NCBI GenBank assembly: GCA_049510095.1
Contig: JBEKZG010000001.1
Span: 1 to 39,653, forward strand
Length of the DNA: 39,653 nt
Source: Terracidiphilus sp.
GTDB taxonomy: Bacteria > Acidobacteriota > Terriglobia > Terriglobales > Acidobacteriaceae
Direction of reading: 5' to 3'
Shown here: piece by piece, positions 17,939 to 27,161 of the stretch
Layout of the letters: each line of letters starts with the position of its first letter
Numbering within the stretch: the first letter of the stretch is position 1
Notes under the pieces: model-generated
The model's input: the letters and a program-made list of their open reading frames with translations, nothing else
Database searches by the model: none
What the model was told of the DNA's origin: nothing
Program-made: the position numbers and the translations under genes

Positions 17939-18271
17939 GCTTGCGTGGTGCGTCGACCCCGCGAAACGTAACTCTGGATGGCTGTGCGAAAGGCGCAAAC
18001 GTTGGCCCAGGCGGTGATGAAAGACCGAATGACTAACCTAAGAATTGAACCCGTTTTGCGTTTTGTCGGCTAGGAATTGGATCAATTTGGCGATCGGTTC
18101 ATAGAGAATTGAACCAAGAATTCGCGCAAGGCGCTGAAAAATGACGACAAAGGGCGAAGATGCCTGAAGTTGAAGCATTTTTCCCGTTGGTCCTGACTGT
18201 GGGGGCGCGGTCGGGAATGGGTTCTTCCCGCATCTTCCGCCGCGGCGGACTGGATGTGGAGCACCCGGAGA

Positions 18272-19552
18272 TTAGTGGGGTGGGCCGAGGCGGATTACGC
18301 AGTTGACTCCGTGGGTTTGGGGATCGGCGTGGACGTCGTAGTTGATCTTGACTCCGAATAGGGTGCTCGCGAGGATGGGGTCGTCTTTCTCCACCGTGGC
18401 GATGAAGTTGGCCACGTAGCTTTCACTGAAGGGGTCTCCGGGGAGCATCTGCCAGTTGCGCATGAGCAGCTTGCGCAGGTCGTCGCTGACGTTTTCAAAC
18501 TTGACCAGGGCCAGATGGTAGACGGGGCCGGGATCGATGTCGACGGTGTAGTTGACGGTTGCAGTTGCGTCGTCCAATTGCGGATGCGGAGTCACGGCGC
18601 AGTCGAGATATCCATAGTCCTTGTAGCGGGAGCAGATAAGAACCCATATGGCGCGGAGGGCAGCGCCTTTTGACGGCGCGTTGGTGGGCGAGGAACTGAG
18701 TTTGTCAATGTCCGCCTGGGGGACCAGCGAGTCGGCCGGCAGTTGGATGGAGCCCAGCTTATAGATCTTTCCTTCGTCAATGGTGACGGAATAGGGGATG
18801 CTGATTGCCGCAGGCGTGATGACTGGGGCGCCGGAGGCGGCGTGAACTTTGACAGCCGCGAACCCCTGGTCGGCGTATAAGGTCTCGAGCGCGTGCACAA
18901 GGTCGATGGACGAGTTCGCGGTGTCGAATGGGGTCCCAGATGCGTGCCCGGTAATGGAATTGATCTTTGCCTGCATGGCGGAAGAGACGCCTTGCAACCG
19001 AATTTCGCCGACGAGCACCGGGGGCGCGGCGATGGAGAAGTTCAGGGCGGTGGCGGTCTTGGCGCCGATGGGTCCAAATGGAGTGACCGACACGGTGGCC
19101 TTGATTCCTTGAGCGGCGAGCATCTCTTCGAGGGCGGCGCGCACGCTCTCAAGCAGGCCGCCTTCGGGCGGAACCTTGCCGTGATAGAGCGGGAAGCGAT
19201 CGTGCAATTTGTCGTCGATCTCCTTGCCGGACGCGAGGGGGAGATTCTCGATGCGGACGGGGTACATCAGGGCGGCCGGTGTTACCGTGTAGACGAGGTC
19301 GACGCCATCGAACTTGTAGGAGACGTTGTCAAAGACGCCGGTGTCCATGAGCCGCTGGAAGTGGCCTTTCATTTCATCGATAGTCAAGGCCGTACCTTTT
19401 TTCAGGCCTGCCGCATCGAGCATCTCCTGATCGGAGTACTCCGGGGCACCCTTGAATTGAATTGTCTGGGGAAGGAATTTCTGCGCTGCGGCAGAGCTTG
19501 GGGCGGAGAGAATAGCGACGGCGGTTAGGAACAGAAAAAGATGACGTGGCAT
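18272..19552 (-). CDS. Secreted POTRA-repeat protein without a beta-barrel, 426 aa
   Basis: Signal peptide; POTRA-like units (I.F.G...YSD.E, L.DTGVF.NV, LY.DQGF, Y.DYGYLD, IDPGPVY.L..V.F). Confidence 0.8.
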   Translation of the reverse strand: MPRHLFLFLTAVAILSAPSSAAAQKFLPQTIQFKGAPEYSDQEMLDAAGLKKGTALTIDEMKGHFQRLMDTGVFDNVSYKFDGVDLVYTVTPAALMYPVRIENLPLASGKEIDDKLHDRFPLYHGKVPPEGGLLESVRAALEEMLAAQGIKATVSVTPFGPIGAKTATALNFSIAAPPVLVGEIRLQGVSSAMQAKINSITGHASGTPFDTANSSIDLVHALETLYADQGFAAVKVHAASGAPVITPAAISIPYSVTIDEGKIYKLGSIQLPADSLVPQADIDKLSSSPTNAPSKGAALRAIWVLICSRYKDYGYLDCAVTPHPQLDDATATVNYTVDIDPGPVYHLALVKFENVSDDLRKLLMRNWQMLPGDPFSESYVANFIATVEKDDPILASTLFGVKINYDVHADPQTHGVNCVIRLGPPH

Positions 19553-19659
19553 GGTACGGAAAGGGTAGCAAAAGGTGCGGGGTTTAGGGAGGGGATCGTT
19601 TGATTCGATCCGATGTGTCTGAGAGGCGATGAGGGGACGAGGCGGATGGACGCCCACTT

Positions 19660-19681
19660 ATCGGTCGCCGCGGCGACCGAT
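19660..19681. repeat. Perfect 22-bp palindrome within a REP-like element
   Basis: ATCGGTCGCCGCGGCGACCGAT is self-complementary, flanked by GCCC and GGGC. Confidence 0.8.
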
Positions 19682-19779
19682 GGGCACAGTTTTTCTCGCA
19701 CGGCTCAGAATTGAGATGTGGGCACCCTGGGTGATCCTCCTGATCTATACTCGGGGCGGAGAATTACGGAGGCGGTGCG

Positions 19780-22700
19780 GTGCGCGGAACGATCTTGCTG
19801 GCGTTCTTGGCTGTCCTGGTTCTTCCCGCCAATGCGGCTCAACACGCAGCCAGTATCACGGTGGACCAACTGGAGCAGACACTCGCTTTATGCGAGGCGG
19901 CGCACCGGACGGATGCGGATGTCGCGCTGCAACTCTCAGGGATGGAACTGACCGAGCGGCTGAGCACTGCGCGACTGGCGCGCTTGATGGCAGGTTTGCC
20001 GGGTGAAGACGCCCAGCGAGCGCTGGCTGCGCTGGCCGATTCGTCGGTCTTCCTCGCTCCTCCGGCAGCGGAGATTCCCTCAGACCCCCGGCCGGACGCG
20101 GCTGCGCTGCGGCAGATGCTCGTGCTGGTGGTGAGTTATGTGAACACCGCCCTTCACCAGCTGCCCAATTTTATTGCCACGCGCGATACAACTCGCTTTG
20201 AAGACAGGCTACTTGAGGATATTCAAGGCTCAGTTGGAATGACCACCATGGTCTATCTGCCATTGCACGTTGTAGGCAGGTCGAATGTCCTGGTGACTTA
20301 TCGTGACGGCCATGAGGTTTTGGAGAAGGCGGCGAAGGCGAAGGGAGGCGAATCGCAGGAGCGCGGGCTGTTTTCCGAAGGTTTGTTTGGGCCGATTCTG
20401 AGCACGGTGGTGGGAGATTCCCTGAATGGCCAAATTACATGGAGCCGCTGGGAAGAGGGTGCGAATGGCGCTGAAGCGGTGTTCCACTTTGCGGTGCCGA
20501 GGGAGAAGTCGCATTACTCGGTGGGGTATTGCTGCGTATCGACCGGGGCGGCCTACGATGCGGCTGAGCGCGGGGATTGGCACGCGTTTGCCGAAATTGC
20601 CGCATACCATGGAGAAATTGCGTTCGATCCGGCGAACGGGGCAATTCTTCGCATCGCGCTGGAAGCGGATATGCAGCCGAATGAAGTTGTTCTCAAGAGC
20701 GGTATGATGGTGGAATACGGCGCTGTGGATATAGGGGGACAGAGCTATATTTGCCCACTGCGCAGCGTCTCGATCTTGTTGGCGCACACGACAAAGCCTC
20801 CGTTGGGAACGCATGCGGCGGAGGGTTACAAGGGGCCAACAAAGACATTCCTGAATGAAGCTGTTTTTGAGCGATATCACCGCTTTCGCGCGGAGACGCG
20901 TATTGTGGCTGGGGACGAAGGGGAATCGGGCGGTGATGCTGCTGCTGCCGTTGCCTCAACTCCGGTTGGCGGGAACGCGGCGTCGACGAGTTCGCAACCT
21001 GTGGCGTCTGCGAGCACTGAGTCGCTTAAGGTGGCAGAGAATAACAGCGTGCCGGCGGCGGTGGTCGAGACGGCTCGGAGGGCTACGCCTGAAACAGGGG
21101 CTGCGCCGGCGCTGCCGGCAGAACCGGAAATCAGCATGGGAACGGCCGGCGACTTGCCGGGCAATGCCCAGCCGGTTCAGCCCGCTGCTTCTACTCTGGG
21201 CCAGCCGTCCGGCTATACGCTCAAGGTGACTTCGCGGCTGGTGGATGTGAGCCTGGTGGCGGACGACAAGAAGGGCCGCCCGGTAAGCGGGCTGAAGGCG
21301 GAAGATGTTGAGGTTTACGACAACGGACGCAGGCAGGAGATCAGGTTTTTCAGTTCGGTGGGAGGTGTTTCGCCGGCCGCGGGTAATGCGGCAGGCGCTT
21401 CGGCGGAATTTACATTTTCAAACCAGAATGGCGATGCGGCTTCAGGTTCATCGTCAACTCCGCGCGGCGAGGCTGGAGCTACGATTCTGCTGATTGATGA
21501 GAGCCACATTGGCTGGAACGACCTGAATAACGCGCGTACACAGTTGCTTCAATTCCTTGCCGCCGCGCCCCCGGATGAGCGAATTGGTCTCTACACCATG
21601 AGCAGCCTCGGTTTTCGCGTGCTGACGGAGGTCACTACGGATCACGCCGCTGTGAGCGCGCGGTTGCGCAAGTGGATGCCTACGGTGCAGTCCGTCGCGG
21701 AGGCTCAGAACGAGGAGACACGCAACCGGCAGCATTTCAACCAGGTGCGCAACGGATCGGACCTCAACTCAGTGAATGGCAATCAAGTGAATTCGATGGA
21801 TGGGATTTCCCCAATCGATCCGCAGTTGCTGACCATGGGGAGTAATCCAGCGCGCGCGTCGCTGATTATTCTGGTTGGCGTGGCGCGCCGCCTGGCTGCT
21901 GATCCCGGCCACAAGAACCTGGTCTGGGTGTCGAGCGACAACGTGCTTGCCGATTTCCGCGATCAGGAAGTGGGCATTGACCGGACCACCGGAACCCTGG
22001 ACAGCTATGCCCTTCGCGCGCAGGAGGCCATGAATGAAGCGCACGTGGCCGTTTATCCCTTCGATGTATCGCAATTGGAGACATCGGCGATAACCTCAGA
22101 CACCCAGCACCGAAACGTGCAATTGGACCCGACAAACCCGATGATCGGGGTTGTTCCAATTGACCGTACAGCAGGCCGCACCAAGGCCGCGATGCTTCAA
22201 GATATCCACCCGATTCAGTGGCCAGTGCGCGAAGTGGCAGAGGCAACCGGGGGACGCGCGATCCGGCGCGCGGGCGATCTGGCAGGTGAGCTCGAGGAGA
22301 TTGTGGAGGACGGACATGCCACTTATCGATTGAGCTTTTCTCCGGATCAGCCGGCGGATGGGCAGTACCACGTCATCACGGTGAAACTCAGCGGCAAACA
22401 GCATGGGCTGACTCTGCACTACCGGACTGGTTATCTGTATACAAAAGAGCCGGCCACGATGAAGGAGCGCTTTGAGCAGGCGGTATGGCAGCCGGTGGAT
22501 GCGAATGAGTTAACTATCGCCGCGAAGGTGATTTCGATGGATGGCGGCAGCAATATCAGGATCAACATCGGGGCGGGCGGGCTGGAGCTGGAACAGCAGT
22601 CGGAGCGGTGGATGGACAAGCTGGATGTTTTCTTCGTCCAACGCGACGATGCGGGGCTTCATGCGCAGGTGGAGGGACGGACGATGGGATTGCGGCTGAA

Positions 22701-22866
22701 GTCCTCGACTTACCAGCAAGTGCTGTCTGCGGGCATACCGTACGAACAGTTGGTTCAGTTGAAGGGGAATGTGGGTTCGGTGCGGGTTCTTGTGGTGGAC
22801 GAGAACTCGGGGCGCATGGGGTCGGTGACCATTCCAGTTTCGGTTTTCGGGGCTGATAGACAGTAG
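19780..22866 (+). CDS. Large secreted protein: N-terminal uncharacterised YCC-motif domain, Ala/Pro/Ser linker, C-terminal VWA domain, 1028 aa
   Basis: Signal peptide; LKVTSRLVDV..V..DKKG.PV.GL...D..VYDNG..Q.I, PGHKNLVWVS, AEATGG and Y.LSF.P VWA features; N-terminal half paralogous to the next two genes. Confidence 0.85.
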   Translation: MRGTILLAFLAVLVLPANAAQHAASITVDQLEQTLALCEAAHRTDADVALQLSGMELTERLSTARLARLMAGLPGEDAQRALAALADSSVFLAPPAAEIPSDPRPDAAALRQMLVLVVSYVNTALHQLPNFIATRDTTRFEDRLLEDIQGSVGMTTMVYLPLHVVGRSNVLVTYRDGHEVLEKAAKAKGGESQERGLFSEGLFGPILSTVVGDSLNGQITWSRWEEGANGAEAVFHFAVPREKSHYSVGYCCVSTGAAYDAAERGDWHAFAEIAAYHGEIAFDPANGAILRIALEADMQPNEVVLKSGMMVEYGAVDIGGQSYICPLRSVSILLAHTTKPPLGTHAAEGYKGPTKTFLNEAVFERYHRFRAETRIVAGDEGESGGDAAAAVASTPVGGNAASTSSQPVASASTESLKVAENNSVPAAVVETARRATPETGAAPALPAEPEISMGTAGDLPGNAQPVQPAASTLGQPSGYTLKVTSRLVDVSLVADDKKGRPVSGLKAEDVEVYDNGRRQEIRFFSSVGGVSPAAGNAAGASAEFTFSNQNGDAASGSSSTPRGEAGATILLIDESHIGWNDLNNARTQLLQFLAAAPPDERIGLYTMSSLGFRVLTEVTTDHAAVSARLRKWMPTVQSVAEAQNEETRNRQHFNQVRNGSDLNSVNGNQVNSMDGISPIDPQLLTMGSNPARASLIILVGVARRLAADPGHKNLVWVSSDNVLADFRDQEVGIDRTTGTLDSYALRAQEAMNEAHVAVYPFDVSQLETSAITSDTQHRNVQLDPTNPMIGVVPIDRTAGRTKAAMLQDIHPIQWPVREVAEATGGRAIRRAGDLAGELEEIVEDGHATYRLSFSPDQPADGQYHVITVKLSGKQHGLTLHYRTGYLYTKEPATMKERFEQAVWQPVDANELTIAAKVISMDGGSNIRINIGAGGLELEQQSERWMDKLDVFFVQRDDAGLHAQVEGRTMGLRLKSSTYQQVLSAGIPYEQLVQLKGNVGSVRVLVVDENSGRMGSVTIPVSVFGADRQ

Positions 22867-23046
22867 GGTGTGATTCTCGGGTCTCGGGATCGAGATGAGC
22901 TGCCCGCGCCGAGTTACAGATGACAAATTACAGATGACAGATTACAGATGGCCGCATCGTTCCGCTCGGGCCGCTACTTGTCACAGCAGTTCCCAGGCGG
23001 GAATCTGTACATTCGATCCGCTCAGAAACTTTGGAGGATTTATTCG

Positions 23047-24212
23047 ATGAAGCGGTTGGGATGGATTCTTGCACTTTTTCTCATGGCGTCGCCCGCGTGG
23101 GCCGTTAAGAAAATCACCGTAGCGCAATTGCAGGAGCTGCTGTACGGGTTGCAACAGGCCAGGAAGACGGATGCGGAGGTGGCCAAAGAGCTGATGCTGG
23201 TTGAGCTGTCGGAAGAACTGACGAGGAGCACAATCGACGGGCTGGCGAGTTCGATTCCCGGCCCGCTTTCGACGCAGCAGATCTACGTATTGGAAGGACG
23301 CAGCGCGGTGCTCGCGCCGCCAACCGCCGATCTGCCTTCTGTACCTGTGCCCGATGCAGACACGCAGAAGGCTCTTCTGAACAAGGCAGTGGACTACGCA
23401 CTGAAGACCTACGCGCAACTGCCGCATTTGACGGTAACGAAGACCACGGCGCGTTTTCAGGACAACATGAAGCCGCCGGACTTAGCCGACCCGAGCAAGA
23501 TTCCCGATAAGGTGTGGTTAGATCCGCGACTAGGCGGCCAGGTTATTTACTACGTTGGCTCGACCGAGGCCAATGTGGAAAGCCAGAACGGCGCGGAGAT
23601 GGGTTCCAAGACGAAAGACCCGACGCGGTGGGGCGCGAACAGCCAGATCATCCGGATTGGATCCGGGCCTGTTTTGGGCGCTGTTCTGCAGGAGGCGCAA
23701 GCGGCCGGCAATGTCAACTGGCTGCGCTGGGAGACGGTGAACGGACGGCAAGCCGCGGTGTTTTCTTTCGCAGTGGAAAGAAGAAATCTCATTACACGGT
23801 GAACTATTGCTGCTTCCCGGATACGGATCAGGCCGGGCTGACAGGCAATCGAGGCAACGAGGGCATTGGAAGCGCGGGGCGCGGCACGATGCAGATGAAC
23901 ACAAGTTGGTCTCCCTACAAGGAGACGCCGCCCTATCACGGCCAAATCTTTGTGGATTCCGGGACAGGGGTCATTGTTAGGCTGGTGGTGCAGGGGGAAT
24001 TCAAACCATCCGATGTAATTCTTCAGGAAGACACGCGGATCGACTATGGCCCAATGATGGTTGGCGAGATGGCAATGGTGTTGCCGATGAGGACCATCAT
24101 CGACACCATGGTGGTCCCGACGGGGGCGGACACCGCCGGCAAGTTTTCGACTCGGCGCACGCTGTTCATGATCGGGTACAAGGACTATCAATTGGCTGGG
24201 GCGGGCCAGTGA
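23047..24212 (+). pseudogene. Frameshifted paralogue of the YCC-motif secreted protein (about 388 aa if repaired)
   Basis: The ORF from ATG 23047 stops at 23802; homology continues in the -1 frame (KKKSHYTVNYCC...YHG...D..TG.I.R) to 24212. One extra A at 23777-23779 restores it. Could be a sequencing error. Confidence 0.8.
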
Positions 24213-24219
24213 CGAGGGG

Positions 24220-24308
24220 CCACCTGCCGGTGGGGCAGACGCTCGCGGGAGGCTCGCACCGGGATTGTTGCTCTCCCTGGTCCCTCCGCCGCGGCGGACG
24301 AGGGACCA
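24220..24308. repeat. Intergenic repeat family A, copy 1 (shortened)
   Basis: CCACCTGCCGGTGGGGCAGACGCTCGCGGGAGGCTCGCAC...TGGTCCCTCCGCCGCGGCGGACGAGGGACCA, between convergent genes. Confidence 0.85.
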
Positions 24309-24327
24309 CCCGCCGCCCGCCTGACGT

Positions 24328-25617
24328 TTAGTTCGGTGCGGGAGGTGTTGAGGGTGCGGGCGCCGGGCTTTGGACCTGCGGGGCTGGTGGGGCGACTTCG
24401 CTGGATTCGGGGATGATGCGGATGGAGGAGCCGAGGCGGTGGTAGTTGGTAAAGCTGGCCTCGTTGATTTGCATGTCGGGCGGGATGCCGAGGGTAGCGT
24501 TGGTTCCGGCGAGGCCCTGGGTGAGGGCGAGGCTGCGCAGCGGACAGATGAATTTGCGGTCGCCGATGAGGACCGGTCCGTAATCGACGAGGATGTCGGC
24601 TCGGGTGACGGGGCCGTCGATGTCCAGTTCCGCCTGGATGGTGATGCGCAGGATGGCGCCGGAGGCGGGATCGATAACCAGGGCACCGTGGTAGGCCGGC
24701 ATTTTGTGGAAGTGGTTGGCGGGATCGTCCTGGATGTTGGGAGGTGGCGGGGCTCCTCCTCCTCCGCGCCGGCTCCGCGCCCCGGTTGCGCCCGTGGTGT
24801 CGGCGATGCAGCAGTAATCGACGGGGTAATGCGAGGCGGATTTGGGCACGGTGTAGCGGAAGACGGCGAGTTGTCCGGCGGAGGTTTCTTCCCAGTGGCT
24901 GAAGCTGACTTTCCCTTTATCGATGTCGATGAGGATCAAGGGCAAGGGCGCGCCGAATTCGCCGGAGAGCTGGAGGCCCGGTTCGGGCTGGAGTCTTTGT
25001 GTGGGCGGCGGCGCGTGATAGGCCGCGGGCGCGGCATTGGGCAGGGCGCTGGGAGCGGGGCTGGGAGCGGTATTGGCTTTCTGCGCCTGCTGGTTAGATT
25101 CCTGACTGCTGCGCAAGGTGATTTCGCGGGTGGAATTGCCGACGAGATGGAGGCCGGCGCGGACGGGCCACTCATTGACGGCCAGAATCTGCTCGCTGTT
25201 ATCGAAGTGAAACGTGGTGCGGGTGGCGAGTAGATCGGGCAGGGAGGCCAGGGTTTTGGCGGCATAGACGCGGGCGGTGTTGATGATGTGCTGCTGCGTG
25301 GCGGGGTCGGGCGGCGCGGCGGTTTGGTGAGAGGTCTTTGGTGGATCGAGGAAAGCGGATTGGTCGGCGAGCAACTGCAAGGCAAGAGTGGTTTTGGGAC
25401 CCAGGTGCAGTTTTTCGTCCATCTGGCTGCGCGCGGTGTTGGTGAGCTGCTCAGTGAGTTCGAGGTCGCCGAAGATGCGCACGATGGCCTCGTCGGAGCG
25501 GTGGGCGGCGCTGGCATTGGTCAGAATCTGCTCAAGCTGGGCCACGGTGACGCGCTTCATGGCGCATGCGGGAAGGACCGCGACTGCCAGCAAACCGAGG
25601 AGAACGAGCCTGCGCAT
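24328..25617 (-). CDS. Secreted protein of the same YCC-motif family, 429 aa
   Basis: AAGG RBS, signal peptide, VTVAQLEQ, LELTEQL, GEFG, FSHWE, AVFRY.VP...SHY.VDYCC and AYHG...DP..GAILR motifs shared with the 19780 and 23047 genes. Confidence 0.85.
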   Translation of the reverse strand: MRRLVLLGLLAVAVLPACAMKRVTVAQLEQILTNASAAHRSDEAIVRIFGDLELTEQLTNTARSQMDEKLHLGPKTTLALQLLADQSAFLDPPKTSHQTAAPPDPATQQHIINTARVYAAKTLASLPDLLATRTTFHFDNSEQILAVNEWPVRAGLHLVGNSTREITLRSSQESNQQAQKANTAPSPAPSALPNAAPAAYHAPPPTQRLQPEPGLQLSGEFGAPLPLILIDIDKGKVSFSHWEETSAGQLAVFRYTVPKSASHYPVDYCCIADTTGATGARSRRGGGGAPPPPNIQDDPANHFHKMPAYHGALVIDPASGAILRITIQAELDIDGPVTRADILVDYGPVLIGDRKFICPLRSLALTQGLAGTNATLGIPPDMQINEASFTNYHRLGSSIRIIPESSEVAPPAPQVQSPAPAPSTPPAPN

Positions 25618-25826
25618 TTGGACCTTCTTCGTTTCTTGGGCTCCGTTTCGGGGCTCCGCTAGTCCGGAGGCATCCTAGGCCGGAACTTGTTGAAGATTGG
25701 GCCGGGGAGCTTGCCTAGAACTGTACACAGGGGAAGGCGACCGGGCAAGAGTAATGCGAAGTGGTCAGGAGGGAATGCGGGAGTCTGGTCGCCGGTTGTT
25801 GCGATAGCGTCGTTCCGGAATGATGT

Positions 25827-25897
25827 CCCTCGGCGGCTAAAGCCGGTGCATTTTCCAGGGCGTTTGCGGCACGATTAGAATCCTGCCCTTTCAAAAC
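25827..25897. repeat. REP-like family B element (TAAA/TGAA-loop hairpins)
   Basis: CGGCTAAAGCCG hairpin followed by degenerate CGGCACGATTAGAATCCTGCCC; compare 33448-33470 and 38707-38766. Confidence 0.6.
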
Positions 25898-25976
25898 TAT
25901 GAGGGTTGAGTTTTGTGCTTTCCCGCCCTTGTGCCAGAAAAAAGGCGCGAGAACAGAGCACGGAGCTTCACGCCAT

Positions 25977-26927
25977 TCAGGCGTTTACGGCTAGCTTGCT
26001 TTTGAAGAAGTCTAGCGACTTGACCAGCCCTTCGCGGAGGGTGATACGGGGCTCCCAGCCCAGCAGATGGCGGGCCTTGGCGATGTCGGGGCAGCGGCGG
26101 GTGGGGTCGTCCTGCGGCAGAGGCTCGGAGCGCAGCTCACTGTTTGAGCCGGTGACCTCGAGCACTGCCTGGGCGCATTCCAGGATGGTGAATTCGACCG
26201 GGTTGCCAATGTTCACGGGAAAGTGCTCGCTGGAGCGGGAGAGGCGCATGATGCCCTCGATAAGGTCGTCGACGTAGCAGAAGCTGCGTGTCTGGGTGCC
26301 GCTTCCGTAGATGGTCAGCGGCTCGCCGCGCAGGGCCTGCATCATGAAGTTGGAGATGACGCGGCCATCGCTGGGGTGCAGGCGCGGGCCGTAGGTGTTG
26401 AAGATGCGGACCAGGTGCGTGTTGACGCCGCGGTGCTGGTGAAAGGCCATGACGAGCGACTCGGAGAACCGCTTGGCCTCGTCATAGACAGAGCGGGGGC
26501 CGACGGGGTTGACGTTGCCCCAGTAATCTTCCGACTGGGGATGCTCAAGCGGGTCGCCGTAGCACTCCGAGGTGGAGGCGTGCAGATAGCCCGCGCCATG
26601 TTTTTCCGCGATTCTGAGGGTGTTTTCAGTTCCGACAGAGCCGACGCGGAGAGTTTCGATGGCGAGGCGAAGATACTCCGGCGGGCTGGCTGGAGAAGCC
26701 AGGTTGAAGACGTAATCGATTGGTCCGGAATCCAGCACATCGGCGAAGGGCTCGCAGATGTCCCATTCAAGGAAGGAGAAGCGCGATTGGTGGGCGAGGT
26801 GGGCCAGGTTTTCGAGGGTGCCGGTGGAAAGATTGTCCACTCCTATGACGGAATGGCCTTCGTCCAGGAGCCGGTCGGTGAGGTGAGAGCCGAGGAACCC
26901 GGCAGCGCCGGTAACAAGTATGCGCAT
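25977..26927 (-). CDS. uxs: UDP-glucuronate decarboxylase (UDP-xylose synthase) family SDR, 316 aa
   Basis: [66 protein letters not shown] and DDP.RR.PDI motifs. Confidence 0.92.
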   Translation of the reverse strand: MRILVTGAAGFLGSHLTDRLLDEGHSVIGVDNLSTGTLENLAHLAHQSRFSFLEWDICEPFADVLDSGPIDYVFNLASPASPPEYLRLAIETLRVGSVGTENTLRIAEKHGAGYLHASTSECYGDPLEHPQSEDYWGNVNPVGPRSVYDEAKRFSESLVMAFHQHRGVNTHLVRIFNTYGPRLHPSDGRVISNFMMQALRGEPLTIYGSGTQTRSFCYVDDLIEGIMRLSRSSEHFPVNIGNPVEFTILECAQAVLEVTGSNSELRSEPLPQDDPTRRCPDIAKARHLLGWEPRITLREGLVKSLDFFKSKLAVNA

Positions 26928-27009
26928 GGTCAAAAGCTCTTCATCCCCAACCTGGGGCGTCGGACAGGTTGGCTCACCAACATTTCCATCAACAACCAGT
27001 TCCCGATCC

Positions 27010-27061
27010 GGGCCTGAAGGCCTCGCTATTTTGGGCCTGTTTTCAGGGGGTTGAAACCCCC
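27010..27061. repeat. Paired TGAA-loop hairpins (REP-like)
   Basis: GGCCTGAAGGCC and GGGGGTTGAAACCCCC hairpins in the ugd-uxs spacer. Confidence 0.55.
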
Positions 27062-27085
27062 TGCTCCCTCCGGAACTGCTATCGA

Positions 27086-27146
27086 CTGTGACATAAATCG
27101 CTATCAACAGCTGTTACATAAATCGCAATCGGCAACTGTGATATTA
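27086..27146. repeat. 25-bp-period direct repeat, about 2.4 copies
   Basis: CTGTGACATAAATCGCTATCAACAG / CTGTTACATAAATCGCAATCGGCAA / CTGTGATATTA. Confidence 0.75.
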
Positions 27147-27161
27147 GGCGTGGACTTATCT

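Noticed and set aside
23550-24686. 378-aa minus-strand ORF
   Set aside because: Crosses two real genes and a repeat; low-complexity shadow translation.
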